A DNA stretch of 64,000 nucleotides from an uncultured Acidobacteriota bacterium (lineage in GTDB: Bacteria; Acidobacteriota; UBA6911), in contig CAWEJX010000012.1 of assembly GCA_963809485.1 (NCBI GenBank), forward strand, positions 64,001-128,000, written 5' to 3'. Both the position numbers and the translations under genes were made by a program. Numbering within the stretch: position 1 is the first letter of the stretch; each line of letters starts with the position of its first letter. Below the pieces are notes generated by a model that was not told the origin of the DNA, did no database searches, and saw only the letters and a program-made list of their open reading frames with translations. This document shows, piece by piece, positions 1 to 12,763 of this stretch.

Positions 1-2
1 TG

Positions 3-1764
3 CTTAAGGCCGTCATCCGGCTGGCCGACAGATATGCCGAGGCAGCCGAAGCGCTGGCGGAAAACGAGGGAAATGCCCGGCGGAAAGAAGAGCTAAAGAG
101 AATTGCAGAAGCATGTCGTTGGACGCCGGCCAATCGCCCTGACAGCTTTTACCAGGCGATGCAGTCGCTGTGGTTCAATCAAATCCTGTCCGCTCCCACC
201 TCGACCTATAATCTGGGCAGATTCGATCAGTATATGTATCCGTTTTATAAAAAAGACATTGAGGAAGGCCGGATTAACAATGAGGAAGTTATAAGCCTGT
301 TGTGTGAATTGCGCATCAAATGCATGAGGCCTGAGAATATCAAGCTCTCAAGCGCCAAGCGATCGCAGCATGCAGGCTTTGCTAAATGGCGGAACATGAC
401 CATCGGGGGCGTCACAGCTGACGGCAAAGATGCCAGCAATGAATTGACCTATCTGGTCCTGGAGGCGGCCAACAGGCTCAGAACGGCGCATCACACCATT
501 ACACTGAGAGTTCACGAAGAAACGCCGGAAGACTTGCTAATAAAGGCTCTGGAGGTTGTCAAAACAGGCATCGGTATGCCGGCCCTGGCACTGGACAAAT
601 CCTTTCTTGATTATCTGACCTCCGGAGGCATACCGGTGGAGGATGCCCGTAATTACCACCTTGCCGGGTGTGTGGATCCGGCCATTCCGGGAAAAGCCAG
701 CTTCCTGGCGGGCAGTTTTTTTGTAGTGCCCAAGGTCCTGGAAATCTTCTTGAATGACGGAGTAGATCCGCGCACAGGCCTGGAAGCCTATTCTTTCAAG
801 CGGCCTGTTGAGGAAATTGAAACGTTTGAAGAGTTCTACGAGGCGTTTAAGAGCACCCTGTCCTATTTTATCAGTCTATGGCATGAACACAGCTTCCTTA
901 GTGGACATCCCAAGGACTACTACGATGCGGTCGAGATTCTGGAAACTGTCCTGGTGCAGGATGGAATCAAGATAGGCAAACCCCTATCGAGGAGAAAGCC
1001 CGTCCCGCCTTATGACTTCAGGGCGGCGATGGTGCCTGTCGGCGCCATCAATGTGGCGGATTCACTGGCGGCCATCAAGATGCTGATCTTCGACGAAAAG
1101 AAATTTTCCATGAAAGCGCTGAGACAAGCATTGTCTGCGAACTGGGAAGGTCACGAAAATATCAGAAAGATGTGTCTGCAGGCGCCCAAATATGGAAATG
1201 ACATCGACTATGTGGATTCCATAGCCAGGGAACTCTACAGGTTTCTTATAGACGAGGAAGCCAAATATCTGCACATTCGGCCGCCCTGAACATGGAAAAA
1301 TCCGAGGGATTGGCGGCGCCTCCATCTCATCCATGTTTGCAGGCGGCACCATAGTCGGGGCAACTCCCGACGGGAGATATGCCGGCACAACTTTGGCTGA
1401 CGGGACAGCCTCTCCTGCCCAGGGACGAGACACACATGGACCTACGGCAATGCTCAGGAGCGCCGCGAAGATCGATCAGTCTTTGTGTGCCTCAACGCTG
1501 CTGAACGTGAAGCTTCATCCTTCGTCCTTGGCAGGCCGGGAGGACCTGAAAAAACTGGGAAGTCTCATCAAAGCCTACGCTGCCATGGGAGGCAAATGGA
1601 TTCAATTCAATGTCGTCGGAAATGATCAGTTGCTCGAAGCCCAGAAGTTTCCTGAAAGGTATCGCGACTTGATTGTAAGAGTGGCAGGATATAGCGCGTA
1701 TTTTGTGGACCTGAATAAAGGCGTCCAGGATGATATTGTCAGACGAATGGAGGTCAGTATTTAA
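3..1764 (+). CDS. Glycyl radical enzyme (PFL-like family), 5' end outside window; one frameshift near 1275
   Basis: Frame open from position 3 into ORF 159..1289 (GRFDQY, TIGG, Cys loop AGCVDP). Continues in another frame (FGRPEHGKIRGIGGASISSM) into ORF 1333..1764 with GATPDGR, QFNVV and the radical motif RVAGYSAYF. Confidence 0.88.
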
Positions 1765-1952
1765 AGGGTTGAGTATTTTATGCCCCAAGGGTCTATATAT
1801 GAACCTGTTAGCTGCCGCGTTCATCGCAACCCCCGCAGCCGACCCACGATTCCATAGAGAATGCCTGAGCAGTTTCATCTCGAAATACCTGGATGCCATG
1901 CTATCGCGCAATCCGGGCCTGTTGCCGCGCTCTGCCGATGCGCAGCCGCTGG

Positions 1953-3887
1953 CTATTGAACATGCGGATTGTATTGGATTGCGCCGGCTTTTTGATCGCG
2001 GGAATAATGCTTTACGAAATCCCATGCAATCCTGGCATACTCGGGATAGAGCGCGTGAATAAGATGCTCCGTATAGTTTAAAGCGACCATTGGAACTCCG
2101 TCGCCATTGTTTAGATACCAGCAATAGTTATCATACTCATTATTGAGTTTGATCTTCTCCAAACGGTCAGCCTTGAAGCCGTTGACTGGATGCGTCGCGA
2201 AATCAAATGCATCGATCGCCTTCATGCCGTTGTACCCAAGGAAGAGATTGAGCTGGGTTTGGTAACCGACGGCGATGTTTCCATTTGCTTGATCGAAGGC
2301 CCCCGGAAGGTCGAACGATGAAGTTGTGAACATCACCGGCAAATGGGCCTTCCTTAACTGGGCTGCCTGCTCGGCGTTGGCTGTATAGCCGGCGGCAGCC
2401 ATAGGAACCGCTGCGGCAAATACAAAGGGATCGCCATTGACAGCTTTTAGGGTCGCAGCGCCCCCCATCGAGTACCCCGTAACGTAAACGCGAGAAGGAT
2501 CCAAGGACGGATATGTTTTGAGAATGTGCTTCACATACTTAGGCAGAATGTTGCACAGCAGGCCTTGAATGGTTGGATCGTTAGTCCTCGCAAAATTAAG
2601 ATATTGATGCTCCGGCGCGACCATGGCAAAACGCTCGGAGCCTGCCAGATCCAGAAGACCGATTTCATCCACAAACACGCGGGGATCGTCTCCGCCTCCA
2701 TGCATCGCAAGAATCAGCGGTACGGTTCCGGCAGGCGCCGTACCCTTTAAGACCTCGTCCGGAAGATATTCAAACCAGGTCTGCAGGTATTCGCCATCTT
2801 TCGACTTCATGTCACTAAACATTTCTGAGGTTCGGCGGATCACATGGATGCCGTCTCGCGTCGTACCGTTAATCACGGCATTTCTGCGGCATAAGGAATA
2901 GGGAGCTTCGTCGAAATTGTATCCCTGGTATGGAGTGGATGCGGAATACAGACCCTGTTTGATGACGGGGACACGCATCGCCTTTATAAACATATTGTAG
3001 TATGCGTCTTTTATATATCTAGCCGCGTCGGGGTTTCCAGTTTCCTTGGCAACGACGACTTTCCTGAGCGGGAACGCCTGGTTGAAATATGTCTCGATGC
3101 CGCTTGCGTTTATGTAGGCATCGACATCATTCACCTTCTTGTATTTTGCAATAACCGATTCAGGCGCGTTTACCAGATACACGGGAACCAGCGCCGCGAC
3201 ATTGCGGACGTTGTCCATTTTGCCGTTGATCAGCAGCATGCCGGCAATGCGACTGACGTAATCAAATGTTCCCGCAACGTAGTTGTTGAGGAATGTTGCG
3301 CCGCCGTCAATGCCCATGACATAGGTGTAGCCGTATCCGCCGAAGTACTCGGCGTCGGAATAGTACGTCGCCGCATTTCCGCTTCTTTCATAAGCCTTTT
3401 GGGCAAGCATGGCAGTTTGAAGGGCGTAGTAATATTTCTGGTCGTTAGCGGTAAAACCGGCCTTGGAATCCGATGGAGTGACGAGCACAATGCTGCCGAT
3501 TGCCTCATCGAGGATCCTGATCAAATCCAGGCTCTTGAGGTACGCAAGCGCGGCATCCTTGCCTGAGAACGATTTCTCAACGAATAGCAGGATATCGGTG
3601 TTAAGCCTCGCCGCAGCGCGTCCCCCGAATAAATTAGCGGATCGGTAGACATAGGTGGTGCCCTTGGGATAACCATCCAAAACGGGATGGGACTTGAACG
3701 TCTTTCCGTTGTTGGTTTCAAGTTGTGCTACGGCCGCGGGACTGCTTGTGCGGGTCTCTTCCAGGGTCTCGAAAGTGGCAGGATTTCCCTGGCTGCCCGA
3801 ATAATTCAGCGCAAAAGCGCTGAAGGGAGGCGATAAACTTATTGCAAGCGTCAGGACAATTGTCAAAGACAACTTCTTAACGAACAT
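1953..3887 (-). CDS. Secreted alpha/beta-hydrolase (esterase/PHB-depolymerase-like)
   Basis: ATG 3887 with GGAGG RBS; signal peptide MFVKKLSLTIVLTLAISLSPPFSAFA; MHGGG oxyanion and GYSMGG nucleophile motifs in the C-terminal half. Confidence 0.75.
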   Translation of the reverse strand: MFVKKLSLTIVLTLAISLSPPFSAFALNYSGSQGNPATFETLEETRTSSPAAVAQLETNNGKTFKSHPVLDGYPKGTTYVYRSANLFGGRAAARLNTDILLFVEKSFSGKDAALAYLKSLDLIRILDEAIGSIVLVTPSDSKAGFTANDQKYYYALQTAMLAQKAYERSGNAATYYSDAEYFGGYGYTYVMGIDGGATFLNNYVAGTFDYVSRIAGMLLINGKMDNVRNVAALVPVYLVNAPESVIAKYKKVNDVDAYINASGIETYFNQAFPLRKVVVAKETGNPDAARYIKDAYYNMFIKAMRVPVIKQGLYSASTPYQGYNFDEAPYSLCRRNAVINGTTRDGIHVIRRTSEMFSDMKSKDGEYLQTWFEYLPDEVLKGTAPAGTVPLILAMHGGGDDPRVFVDEIGLLDLAGSERFAMVAPEHQYLNFARTNDPTIQGLLCNILPKYVKHILKTYPSLDPSRVYVTGYSMGGAATLKAVNGDPFVFAAAVPMAAAGYTANAEQAAQLRKAHLPVMFTTSSFDLPGAFDQANGNIAVGYQTQLNLFLGYNGMKAIDAFDFATHPVNGFKADRLEKIKLNNEYDNYCWYLNNGDGVPMVALNYTEHLIHALYPEYARIAWDFVKHYSRDQKAGAIQYNPHVQ

Positions 3888-4038
3888 AGCCCGATCCTCC
3901 TGATTCCTCAGCAAAGCCCATGCAAGCGATTCATGTCGAAGCTTTGCATCCGCGCCCCCAGCAACCGCAAATTGGGCGTTGGGAAAAAATGCAGCAGACA
4001 ACAACGACCGTGAATGGGAAATGAAGCGGCAAATCCCC

Positions 4039-4974
4039 TTATTTGCAGATTTGTTCGTTCGGCCAGCCCATTGATTTTGATCCGGCGCCAATGACGGCTT
4101 GTATCAAATCCACCTTGCCATTCCTCATCCGGAAAATATGGAAATCCGGCAGGTTTCCCGCAAAATGCACATAGGCGACAACCGTTCCTGCTTCCACATC
4201 TACCAGGAAGCGCCGGAGGCCGTGGTTTGTAATAACCAAGCCCTTCGGGGAACAGTCATGGGCCGTCATCTTAACGCCGCCCATCGTTCCTCCTCCCTTG
4301 GTTGTCTGAAAGCCGTTCTCCCAGCGATCACAAACGCTGGCGAACGGAGTGTGCACCTTGGGATTCTCCGCGAACATATCGTAATAATCATCTGCAGCGG
4401 CAATCATGGCCAGCCGGCTGCTCCGCTGTTCCGCAGGAATGATGCTTTCCCAATCCTGGTCTTTGGTTTCCAGCACCTTTGCGCCATTGAACGCAAATTC
4501 GGTTTCCCGGGCGACAAACGTTTCCATCTCCGTAATCTGTTGATTTTCAACCTTCAGCCGAACTCCATAGAGAATAGGTCGAATGGTGCCATCGGCAGGC
4601 GGTTTCGCCGATAGGCTGGCAAAAGGTGATTTTGAGGCCGGCGCTGGTATCTTGGGGGCTGTGTATTTTTCTTCAATAACGACATTGGAATGCGTGCCGC
4701 ACTTATAGGTGTCGATCAGATCGCGTTTGAGCAAGGTTTTTCCCGCGGTTTTCCAAAATCCTTCTCCTGCGGGCATCTCGACGCCGTTTTCCGTGAATTT
4801 CACCTTGGCAGCAAGCGGAAGACTCGATGGGTTGTGCGCCTCGAGGGCGCTGAAATATTGTCCGATGATTCCCTTAAGGCCGTCGCGTGTGCAGGCCGAT
4901 TGCGCGTAGGCTGAGACGAGAATGCCGCAGGTCATCATTGCTAAAGCTAAAAGGCATTGTGCCAATCGTTTCAT
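4039..4974 (-). CDS. Secreted hypothetical protein (possibly tandem NTF2/SnoaL-like)
   Basis: 311-aa ORF with signal peptide (MKRLAQCLLALAMMTCGILVSAYA); two similar halves with FTENG / RWENG motifs. Confidence 0.6.
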   Translation of the reverse strand: MKRLAQCLLALAMMTCGILVSAYAQSACTRDGLKGIIGQYFSALEAHNPSSLPLAAKVKFTENGVEMPAGEGFWKTAGKTLLKRDLIDTYKCGTHSNVVIEEKYTAPKIPAPASKSPFASLSAKPPADGTIRPILYGVRLKVENQQITEMETFVARETEFAFNGAKVLETKDQDWESIIPAEQRSSRLAMIAAADDYYDMFAENPKVHTPFASVCDRWENGFQTTKGGGTMGGVKMTAHDCSPKGLVITNHGLRRFLVDVEAGTVVAYVHFAGNLPDFHIFRMRNGKVDLIQAVIGAGSKSMGWPNEQICK

Positions 4975-5278
4975 TCCGCATTCCCCCCAAAAAAGGTTTT
5001 ATAAAGGGCGGTCGAAGATTGAGCGCTTTTCACAAAAGCCGGCCTTCGTGCAATCTGCTCAATCCAGGGCTGCCTAGGAGCTTTTCCGCACATCATTCTT
5101 GGCTTTCATTATTGCGGAAGCTACTATATCACAGCAGGAGTTTGGCATAAGGCAAGTATTCCCGGTCTATATGCAGGATCCTTACCGCCAGGCAATCCTC
5201 TGTTATCGCGGCAAATTCAGGAGTATGCGGCAAATATTCCTACTTTCCCAGCTCCGCTTTTGGACCTGATAAAATGCG

Positions 5279-5522
5279 GAGTCAGGTACCTCCGGCAAAG
5301 CCGGAGGCTTGAAAGATTTGAACCGCTCAAAGCGGTTGGAGGAGTTACGCCGGTCTTGAACGCTGACTTACGCGGGCAAAAGCCGATGAGGCGCTTCCGA
5401 CCCTCGCCGAACAAGTCGGCGTTTGTCAGCGCTTTTATCAGCGTTTCTCAGCGTTTCAAAATACGGAGCTGTCAAACTCTGTGAGTCCCCCGGCAGAGCC
5501 GGGCGTTTACCAATGTAGTTAT
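5279..5522. mobile_element. Non-autonomous IS200/IS605-like element (MITE/PATE-like), copy 1
   Basis: Terminal hairpins CCTCCGGCAAAGCCGGAGG and CCCCCGGCAGAGCCGGGCG, plus AACCGCTCAAAGCGGTT; near-identical to 7651-7800, 11345-11480 and 53570-53974; no transposase ORF. Confidence 0.65.
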
Positions 5523-5613
5523 GCCCATGAGGCAGGATTAATGTTTCAAGAGCGCCATAAGTCGGCAATCGGACGGAAACCGATATTCCCCTGTTTTCGG
5601 AATAGGGCAATGA

Positions 5614-6816
<1,203 letters not shown>

Positions 6817-6944
6817 ACACTGCCGGGGCTGTTTCTAAGAAGATTGAAATAACGAATCAAATTGGGATGGCCATTTGGGGATTTGTGCACAAATCCATTT
6901 TCCACCGGATTCAGCGCAGGATACATCCGTAAGGAGAATCAACA

Positions 6945-7535
6945 ATGATAGAAGCCAATAATCGTTATCACGCCATGAAATCAATATTTGGAATGCTGGC
7001 TATTCTGACCGCTCTGGTATTTGTAGCCGCCTGTTCCAAGGCGCCTGCAGCGCCGCCCCCTGAACTGACAGAGCTGGTGGAGCGCGCCGCTATCGAGGAC
7101 CTTTTTAACGATTACTATTCGCAGTTCGGGCCGAACGGCCAACATAACTATATGTCCTACTTTACCGCTAACGGCAGACTCGAGGTCAACGGGCTGGTCG
7201 CGAATGGCCTCGACGAGATCAAAGCCATGTATGTCCAGGCTGGAGCGGGCAGCCAGGCAAAATCGCCGAAAGCTGAAAGCGCTGTGCCGGAGGGGATATC
7301 CGAGATGATGTACACGAATCTGAAGGTTAATAGACAGGGCGATAGAGCTACTGCAACGCTGCTTTGGCATAGCGTCAAGTCTGACCTTTTGACGTCCGCG
7401 CCCAAAATTACCGAATACGGGCGGGAACGCACTGAGCTGGTCAAACAGGATGGGCGCTGGCTCATCAGCAAGCGTGTTATCCTGAGCGAGGGCGGCATGC
7501 CTGAGGGGCTGCTGAAATCCTATCCGAAGCAATAA
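6945..7535 (+). CDS. SnoaL/NTF2-like domain lipoprotein
   Basis: Lipobox-like FVAAC; ERAAIEDL...DGRWLISKR pattern typical of SnoaL-like proteins. Confidence 0.7.
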   Translation: MIEANNRYHAMKSIFGMLAILTALVFVAACSKAPAAPPPELTELVERAAIEDLFNDYYSQFGPNGQHNYMSYFTANGRLEVNGLVANGLDEIKAMYVQAGAGSQAKSPKAESAVPEGISEMMYTNLKVNRQGDRATATLLWHSVKSDLLTSAPKITEYGRERTELVKQDGRWLISKRVILSEGGMPEGLLKSYPKQ

Positions 7536-7650
7536 CCGCATGTCTCACCAGATTTCGTCGCAAGGCGGTACAGACGGGCATGGCTGCGCCGCTTCGCGAA
7601 CCGGCGCGCGAGGAAAGGACTCCCATAATTCGATAAAGGAGTGGATTGTT

Positions 7651-7800
7651 GAGTCAGACTTGAAAGATTGGAGCCGCTCAAAGCGGTTGGAGGAGTTACG
7701 CTGGTCTTGAACGCTGACTTACGCGGGCAAAAGCCGACTCTCGCCGAATAAATCGGCGTTGGTCAGCGCTTTTGTCAGCGTATCTCAGCGTTTCAAAATA
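7651..7800. repeat. Internal fragment of the IS200-like element (copy 2, both terminal hairpins missing)
   Basis: Matches the interior of copy 1 (GCTCAAAGCGGTTGGAGGAGTTACG...TCAGCGTTTCAAAATA). Confidence 0.75.
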
Positions 7801-7873
7801 AAGAACCATTAGGAAATGCGAGCTAACCAGGCAGAAGTAACCAAACTGCAGCTGGAAGATATAATAGCCAGAT

Positions 7874-7912
7874 GCCACGAATTTCACGAATCTCGTTCGT
7901 GAAATTCGTGGC
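7874..7912. terminator. Perfect 17-bp inverted repeat; probable terminator between convergent genes
   Basis: GCCACGAATTTCACGAA-tctcg-TTCGTGAAATTCGTGGC followed by TTTTGCTTTT, 9 nt from the stop codon at 7921. Confidence 0.6.
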
Positions 7913-7920
7913 TTTTGCTT

Positions 7921-9639
7921 TTAATACCTCTCGTAATTCGGTTTGAGATCCTTGTACTTCGCCACCAGCTTGTCCCAATTCTTCGGCAACTCGATCTTTT
8001 TGGTGACAAGCGCGTTCTCGAAAAATCCCGGTCCCGCACTCCTCAGCAGCGCTATAAACGAGCCCGGCCCGCCGGCAACCAGAATCATGAGGCTTTTGTC
8101 GAGGTCCATTTTCGGTGGACTGGCGGCATTCGTAAGACCGACACTCGATCTGCCGGGGGTGCCGTGTGCCGCCAGGTATTCTCTGACTTTCTGCTTCGTG
8201 TATCCTTCACTCGACAATACCTTGGCCCAGGAAGGTATAAGAATCAGACTGGACATGGTGCTGCTAACCATGCCCGAAAGCGTATCCAGAATCCCCTTTG
8301 CGTCCGTCCCGCCCGGGACCGTCTGTATGAATGTGTTGGGGAAAAACACCGTGACGGTGCTGTCCTCCTTTTTGAAGCCCCGCTCGACGCTGAGAGGCTC
8401 CCAGGGGCTCGCCTCTTCATCCTCCCCGATCACAAGGCTGTACTTGCCCGGGTTACCGATCACCCCCATGTCCTCGATGGCCTTCCTTGCCCCCCCGATG
8501 TTCTTGACGATCAGCCCAACGGCCCGGCCGATGGCGGCATTCGCGATATTTCCCGGACTCAAGGCGCCTGAGCTGCAGTTGACGTGGATGTCGTTTCTTA
8601 TCCGACCGTTGATGGCAAGAAAAGGCGCCCACGAACCCGTGCTCACCTCAAAGGTATCAAACCTGGTTTTCGGATCGGCCAAAGCCTGCACCGTGGCGAT
8701 CAGTACCGGCATGTAGGTGGGAAGCGCACCGGCCATCACCGCATTAATCGCGATCTTTTCGATCGTGGCCTTCCCTTTTCTCGGGATGATCGTGGCCACA
8801 ATATGGTCCGGCGGCAGATCCGTCCCCGTCATCATCTCCGCCACGGCCTCCTCGGTCGGCGGTATGATGGGCAGACCGTCGGTCCATCCCTTGCTGTAGT
8901 AGAACCGGTTTACCTCCTGCAGGCTTCCTTTAAATGCGACTCTCGCAGTCTTGCCCGTTTGCTGCTTCGGAGATTTCTCCTCGGCAGTCAGCGGGCTCGT
9001 TAAGGCCTCGACCACATCCTTCATGGCCGCCGCGACACCCTCTTCAATTTCCGCCTTGACGGTGGATTCACATGCCACCGATTCCCCAACGACTCTGATT
9101 CCGGGCATTCCCTTGCTCGATGCTGCCGATTGAGCATCGGTAACAAATCCATGATTAGCCAGTAGCACGACCGGCTTGCCAAAGTCCTCGATCGCTATCC
9201 CGTTGTAGGCGAGGTACTTTGTGCAGGACCCTCAATCACCGACCACGGCAATGGCCGCGTCCAGCCCTTTAGCCCAGGCCGTGAACTTTTCCTTGTTCTT
9301 CGTCTCGATCTCATTGACGTTCGGCTGGGTCGAATGGAACCTGATTATCTGAACGTCGGGGTGCATGGCCCTTAACCTTGTTTCGATTGATTCCGCGATC
9401 GGCATAGCCGCCCGCTTGGAATTGATGAACAATCCGATTTTCTTTCCCGCCAGGGTATGAATCCTCGGGGAAATCCCCCGGAGCGGGATCGGATCAGCGT
9501 CCGCCCAGGGACTGAGAACTTCAAATTGAGTGGCCGGCGACTTGGCTTTGGAACTCGCAGCCCCTTGGGCCCCGGATACATCCTGGACCGTCAGGACGGC
9601 TAGCATCCCTATGGAAAGCGCCGATAAAATTCTACGCAT
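7921..9639 (-). CDS. UGSC-family selenoprotein, fused two-domain form with signal peptide (572 aa; Sec at TGA 9232-9234)
   Basis: ORFs 9232..9639 and 7921..9168 share a frame, joined by AVVGD-[TGA]-GSCTKYLAYNGIAIEDFGKP with no other stop; C-domain motif GWTDGLPIIPPT; hairpin at 9181-9220. Confidence 0.85.
9181..9220 (-). promoter_or_regulatory. Candidate SECIS element
   Basis: AAAGT(A)CCTCG...CGAGGACTTT stem starting 11 nt after the UGA; same outer stem at 60685-60724. Confidence 0.55.
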
Positions 9640-9827
9640 AGCAGACTCCTTCTCCTTTCAAAATGGCTTGGTGCCAATGCGATTATATCCGCAAAACACA
9701 CAAAAGACACATCACAGTATATTCGTGTGGCCGGAGGAGTGATTCATACCCTTCCAGAGTCCCTTGCCTATGAGCCCTAATCAGGGGATCGTTCGCGGGA
9801 AACACCCCTGGTTCTATTATTTGCAGC

Positions 9828-11255
<1,428 letters not shown>

Positions 11256-11293
11256 TCAGGACGATGATTTTTGACTAACATCCAAGGCACCGT

Positions 11294-11307
11294 GTTCGTA
11301 TACGTAC
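11294..11307. promoter_or_regulatory. Palindromic operator-like site (13/14) in the esterase-marR divergent region
   Basis: GTTCGTATACGTAC, directly abutting a minus-strand TATAAT at 11308-11313. Confidence 0.6.
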
Positions 11308-11344
11308 ATTATATACGCTCTCGGGCTTTCTATCATTTCATTGC

Positions 11345-11480
11345 TTGCCATGGTAATTACATTGGTAACCCCCCGGCTCTGCCGGGGGACTCAAAGAGTT
11401 TGACAGCTCCGTATTTTGAAACGCTGAGAAACGCTGACAAAAGCGCTGACAAACGCCGATTTGTTCGGCGAGGGTCGGCG
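11345..11480. mobile_element. Half copy of the IS200-like element (copy 3, inverted relative to copies 1 and 4)
   Basis: TAATTACATTGGTAACCCCCCGGCTCTGCCGGGGGACTCAAAGAGTTTGACAGCTCC... is the reverse complement of the end of copy 4. Confidence 0.7.
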
Positions 11481-11688
11481 GTATCGGAAGTTGGGATTGT
11501 AGCCGCAGGCGAGACGGGGAGGAGTCTGAGTGCATGGAGGCTTCCATACCTCCCCGGCCCTTATGGGATTTCTGCAACCCGACGATGGTTGATATTTGGC
11601 CTTGCATCCAATAGAATGGCTCACTCTCGAATGATTGCCTCATTTTGCCGGGGATCTGTTAGCTCACTTTGAATGGAGAGGTAATGCA

Positions 11689-12207
11689 TTGGCCAACGCG
11701 AGAAATTTGAAAGCACACAAAATGGAAGATAGGGAATACGATTTGTGGATTCTCATTAGTCGCGTATATCATATGGTAGCCAAGCTCAGGAATATGGAAA
11801 TGAACAAGCAGGGCATTTTGCCCGTTCAAGCCTATATGTTATTTATTATTCAGGCCATGGGCAATGCGACCACCCCGGCGGAACTGTCCCGCTTTGTCTA
11901 CCAACAAAGAAACTCCGTTTCTGATATTCTCAAACGAATGGAAAAGCAAGGCTTGGTAACCAAGGAAAAAGCGTCGAAAGGGAACGGAAGAATTCTGGTC
12001 AAGATAACTGAAAAAGGTAAAAAGGTTCTTCAGCTATCCAAGCAGAGAGAGCACCTTCACAATGTTATGTCTGTTTTGAGCAAGGGAAAAAGAGGACAGC
12101 TCGAGTCGCTGTTGGAGTTGCTGAGGGATAGAGCCATTAAGGAACTTTCGATTTATCAGAAGACTGTGCTTCCACCCTCCCAATTATCCAGATATTATCA
12201 AGAATAG
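11689..12207 (+). CDS. MarR-family transcriptional regulator (start uncertain: 11635, 11689 or 11722)
   Basis: wHTH pattern TPAELSRFVYQQRNSVSDILKRMEKQGLV...VKITEKGKK. Confidence 0.85.
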   Translation: MANARNLKAHKMEDREYDLWILISRVYHMVAKLRNMEMNKQGILPVQAYMLFIIQAMGNATTPAELSRFVYQQRNSVSDILKRMEKQGLVTKEKASKGNGRILVKITEKGKKVLQLSKQREHLHNVMSVLSKGKRGQLESLLELLRDRAIKELSIYQKTVLPPSQLSRYYQE

Positions 12208-12246
12208 ATCGGGTCGAGATGCGATCGCGGATCCAATATTCATGGA

Positions 12247-12693
12247 TTAGGGCTTGGCTTTCGAACCTATTGAATATAGCTGGACCAACTTCGCCGCCTT
12301 GCGCGGGTCACTTTCCAAAAAGACTTTGACCTTTGTTATCTTGATGTCTTTATCAGCGCCAATTTTCAGATTATAGAGGACGTTCATTTTCAGTTCCAAA
12401 AGTACTTCGCCGGTTGCTCTTTCAATAGCCTGTGTCTTGAGCAACGCACCCACCTCTTTCTGCCTCTCATCAACAATGAGGTGCTCAACCAGCAATTTGT
12501 CCTGAATGGCGGGATGAGCAAGGCATCTTTCATACCATTCAGCGCGGCTTTTCACCACATCGTCATCAAACGTAAGGTCTGGCGCATAAAATTTGTCCAT
12601 GACATGCTGAGTCTCAGGAAGCTGGCCATATTGGCTGTACGCCAGGACGTACTCTTCCATGAAACGAACTATGTCGCTGTATAGAGATTCCAT
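12247..12693 (-). CDS. Small SnoaL/NTF2-like hypothetical protein
   Basis: 148-aa ORF at the end of the minus-strand operon; FYAPDLTF and IVDERQKEV pattern. Confidence 0.55.
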   Translation of the reverse strand: MESLYSDIVRFMEEYVLAYSQYGQLPETQHVMDKFYAPDLTFDDDVVKSRAEWYERCLAHPAIQDKLLVEHLIVDERQKEVGALLKTQAIERATGEVLLELKMNVLYNLKIGADKDIKITKVKVFLESDPRKAAKLVQLYSIGSKAKP

Positions 12694-12763
12694 GTTTTCA
12701 CCTCAACTTTTCCTTTGTGGCCGCTGTCGAGGCGACCCTGTCTTCTACTCACTCACGATTATG

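Noticed and set aside
1287-1289. TGA in the first GRE as selenocysteine
   Set aside because: The downstream coding region is in a different frame, so this is a frameshift artefact.
5420-5460. TCAGCG-type tandem repeats as a CRISPR array
   Set aside because: Units are about 10 nt with no unique spacers and no cas genes.
5217-5610. Small ORFs repeated near 5.3, 11.4 and 53.6-54.2 kb as a gene family
   Set aside because: They are translations of the repeated non-coding element in several frames.
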